A stretch of DNA of 63,164 nucleotides, the filler included, from Klebsormidium nitens (Eukaryota > Plantae > Klebsormidiophyceae), in NCBI GenBank assembly GCA_000708835.1. It is 7 parts of 7 records of this genome, joined end to end, with 100 filler letters (N's around TTAATTAATTAA, not from the genome) between each part and the next. Parts side by side here need not be neighbours in the genome. Positions count along the whole stretch, not along the records: positions 60,543 to 63,164 come from DF238658.1; 6 more parts are not named here. One strand, written 5' to 3'. Every line of letters starts with the position of its first letter. Position 1 is the first letter of the stretch. The position numbers and the translations under genes are program-made. The notes beneath the pieces were generated by a model. That model ran no database searches. It was given only the letters and a program-made list of their open reading frames with translations, and was not told the origin of the DNA. Below, one piece after another: positions 60,688-63,164 of this stretch.

Positions 60688-63164
60688 GTGGTAACCATGG
60701 AGTCTCGAGCTAGTCTTGGGCATTTCAGCGGTGGGCTTGGCCACATTGAGCAAGGTAGCCTCGAAGGGATCACCTCAGGTGAAATTAGGGTTGGCATTGA
60801 GAGTTGCAAGGAGCGGGTTGCTTTCAAGTGTCTCACTTGCGCTCACCGCATCTGGGTCAGGAGCAAAAAGCCTGCTGGCCTCATGACGCTCGCATGGCGC
60901 AAGAGTGACCGCGGCGTGCTGATGGGCTACCTGATCAGTGCTGGACTTCCGAAGAGCAAGCAATGCAAGCAAATTGTGTGCTTGAGTTGCGTCCATAACC
61001 TGCTCGGCGTGGTGGCAGAGAGCGCAGATGGGTTGTTGGTCACGTTAAGTGGCAGGAAAGATGGTGGGCAAGACACGCCCATCTTGCGGCGGCAGAGGGG
61101 GGAAGGGCCTTGGAGCCAAAGCTTCGAGCTCACGCACGAAGTGCTGAGCTTCTTCTATCGAGAGAACGCAACGACGGGACTGGAGCAGAGGCCAGTGGCC
61201 ACGGCGGCAACCCAGATCGGCGAGCGAGGCATGGCGAAGGGTGTGCGGCCGAGAGAGAAGGGCGCCTCAGAGGAGACGAGCACTGAGGTGAGCTTGCACA
61301 TCCTTTTTTTCTTGTTTACTATCAGAACAAAATGTCTGGCACTGCAGTCACCTGTTGTCCAGCTCGTTCTAAATGCCATCGATGCTACATAGCACGGGCG
61401 AGTCGTCGGCAGCGACATGGGAGGGAGTTTAAGATTCTGCTGAAGTTGCTCTACAACGACTCTGAATTGTGCGGTCACAAGGTATCTCAATTGTTTGAAT
61501 CCAGAGACACTGACTCAATGGGCTCCATACTTGTAACACTGCCTGACAATGGCAAGGAGGTCCGTCTGAAAGACCTGCTCCCGCCTTGTGTTGCAGGGGG
61601 CGGCTTCACGCATAAAGGAGCAGGCGGTGCGCTACCTCGTGATGATGACGTCTCCCCAGGAGTCGGTTCGCGTCTTCTTGCCGGCAGGGTCGGCTTCTCC
61701 CCCGCTTAGGCTCTACATGTCGGCATGGGATCACAACGGAGAGGGCCGGCCAAAAGGGCTTGGGAAGCCATCCAAGACCGACGCGCTCCCAGAGACCGTC
61801 TGGTGGAGCACGCTTGGCGAGCTCTGCTGCACGTGCAACCGGGGACGGCTGATGGAGGACGCGCCGTGCGTGCACAAGTTGGCACTCGCGGCCCTCAGCG
61901 AAAGCTGGAGCTCGACGGCGGAGCTGCCTATCCAAGAGTCGCTCGGCAGAGGAGCGAGGGTGGAGCGGGTTGGCTCGGATGAGACGGGAAGCTACTTTGC
62001 GTCGGCCGACAACCTCCAAAGACCTCCAAGCCCTCAGAGGCGCATGGTCTTTTGCAGCAGCAAGGGGGCTTGGTATTGCGAGGGGAAGCGCGACGGGTGC
62101 CCGAGCCTCACCGACTGCTCGCACGTTATAGCGGCAAAGGCAGCTCTGAGGAACGAGGGAGACCTTCCAGTTGCCGATCAGATGGTTCTGAGGCTCTCGG
62201 AGCCGCTATCGGAGGCTGCGCTGGGCTGGCTCGAGCGGTGGAACGGCGAGTTGCCAAAGATTGGGATACCCCCCGCCGTGGGCACCCCCTCGCAGGGGGT
62301 AGCCAGTGATGCGGGGCTGTCGGAGGAGGAGCGGTATCTTGTTGGCTTGCTGGAGCGGCGGCCCCATGAGCAAGCGACCTGCGCCGGCGACTCGTGCTTT
62401 TGTCGTCAGCACGATCGCCTCTTTGGAGAGGCCGCCGTCGCACAAATTTCCAACGATCGGGAGAGCAATGGGGGCGATCGTGGCAGGGAAGGGGGGTCGG
62501 CTGAGGAGGAGGCGCCCCCTCGCAAACGGGCGAGGCGCAGTAAGGCTTTTTGGGAGGCACACAAGCAAGGCTCGCAAGGTCCAGCCACAAGAGTGGGGTG
62601 GGGCGCTCGGCCGCCGGCGGAAGCGAGGGGCAAGGAGGCAATTCGAGGCTGGGTGGACGCGTGCACGAGCTGTTCGGTTGCCTCCTTGGCAGCCTTGAAC
62701 GGCGGGTGCGAGCATGGAGAGGCCTCGAAGGTTCGCACCCCCGTCATGCTCCTGACGACTGAGGCCGTCCAAGTTACAAAGCCCAAGCTGGCACGATTGA
62801 GCGATGCGCACGCCGTCCACGACCCGCTCGTGACTTTGCTCGACCGCCCCGTTCCTGTGAGCAAGCTGAGGGATTGCCACTTTCAGGAGCTATCGGAGAA
62901 GGGGCTGTTGAGCGCGCCCCGCCCCATCGAATCGCCGGCGTGCGGCGGCTCGTGGATCGAGGCATGGATGGAGGCCGACGTGACGGCCGCCCAGTGGAGC
63001 CAGCGGGTGCGGGTGCGGATCTACCACTGCCAATGCCCTGACGAGGCGCACACAATCCACTTTGACGGCGAGCACCTGGGGTTGTACACGTGGAATCGGC
63101 GGACCCTCTTCGTCCAGGAGAGCTTGCAGCTGCTCTTGCGGGGGATGCAGCACGGGCACAGTTT
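60688..63164 (+). CDS. KDZ/Zisupton-like transposase N-terminal part (SWIM-like fingers + CxC cysteine cluster), spliced, runs off the window
   Basis: Frame 1 is open from the acceptor TTGCAG at 61596 to the window end (~520 aa). It contains CCTCNRGRLMEDAPCVHKLAL, WYCEGKRDGCPSLTDCSHVIA and YHCQCPDEAHTIHFDGEHLGLYTWNRRTLF. A probable upstream exon ends GAG|GTGAGC at 61287. Confidence 0.6.

Noticed and set aside
61606-63159. Cluster of overlapping ORFs listed in the track
   Set aside because: They are shadow frames of the single long frame-1 exon (61597 to the window end).

Overview
Eukaryotic nuclear DNA, most likely a streptophyte green alga (Klebsormidium-like; inferred from a plant-type uridine kinase/UPRTase and an intron-rich ZF-HD gene). 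It is scaffolded with N gaps, six of which carry an artificial TTAATTAATTAA linker. Left part (1-14.6 kb): a ~125-bp satellite and two spliced host genes (ZF-HD, UKL). Centre (~17.1-41.4 kb): a gene-dense, mostly intronless endogenous giant-virus (Nucleocytoviricota) fragment. It encodes a major capsid protein, SF2 helicase, SET protein, SWIM-RING protein, Bro-N and AntA/MSV199-like proteins, four HNH endonucleases, a putative glycosyltransferase and a C5 DNA methyltransferase. The ORF track hides two structures. (1) The capsid gene is split by two ORF-less group I introns (27381-27820 and 25749-26160); removing them gives a canonical 420-aa MCP running MSGGLLSLVA...ILRIMSGMAGLAYSN*. (2) The methyltransferase is split by a 4.3-kb IS630/Tc1-mariner composite transposon (33305-37596; TA duplication, imperfect TIRs). 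It carries an intact 609-aa Fanzor1 RNA-guided nuclease, a putative omegaRNA, a transposase with a premature stop, a cargo ORF and a second partial transposon end; excision restores the MTase frame. Right part (41.4-63 kb): satellites, an ankyrin-repeat gene, decayed Ty3/gypsy and Ty1/copia elements, dispersed inverted repeats, and a KDZ/Zisupton-like transposase frame that runs off the window and is absent from the ORF track.
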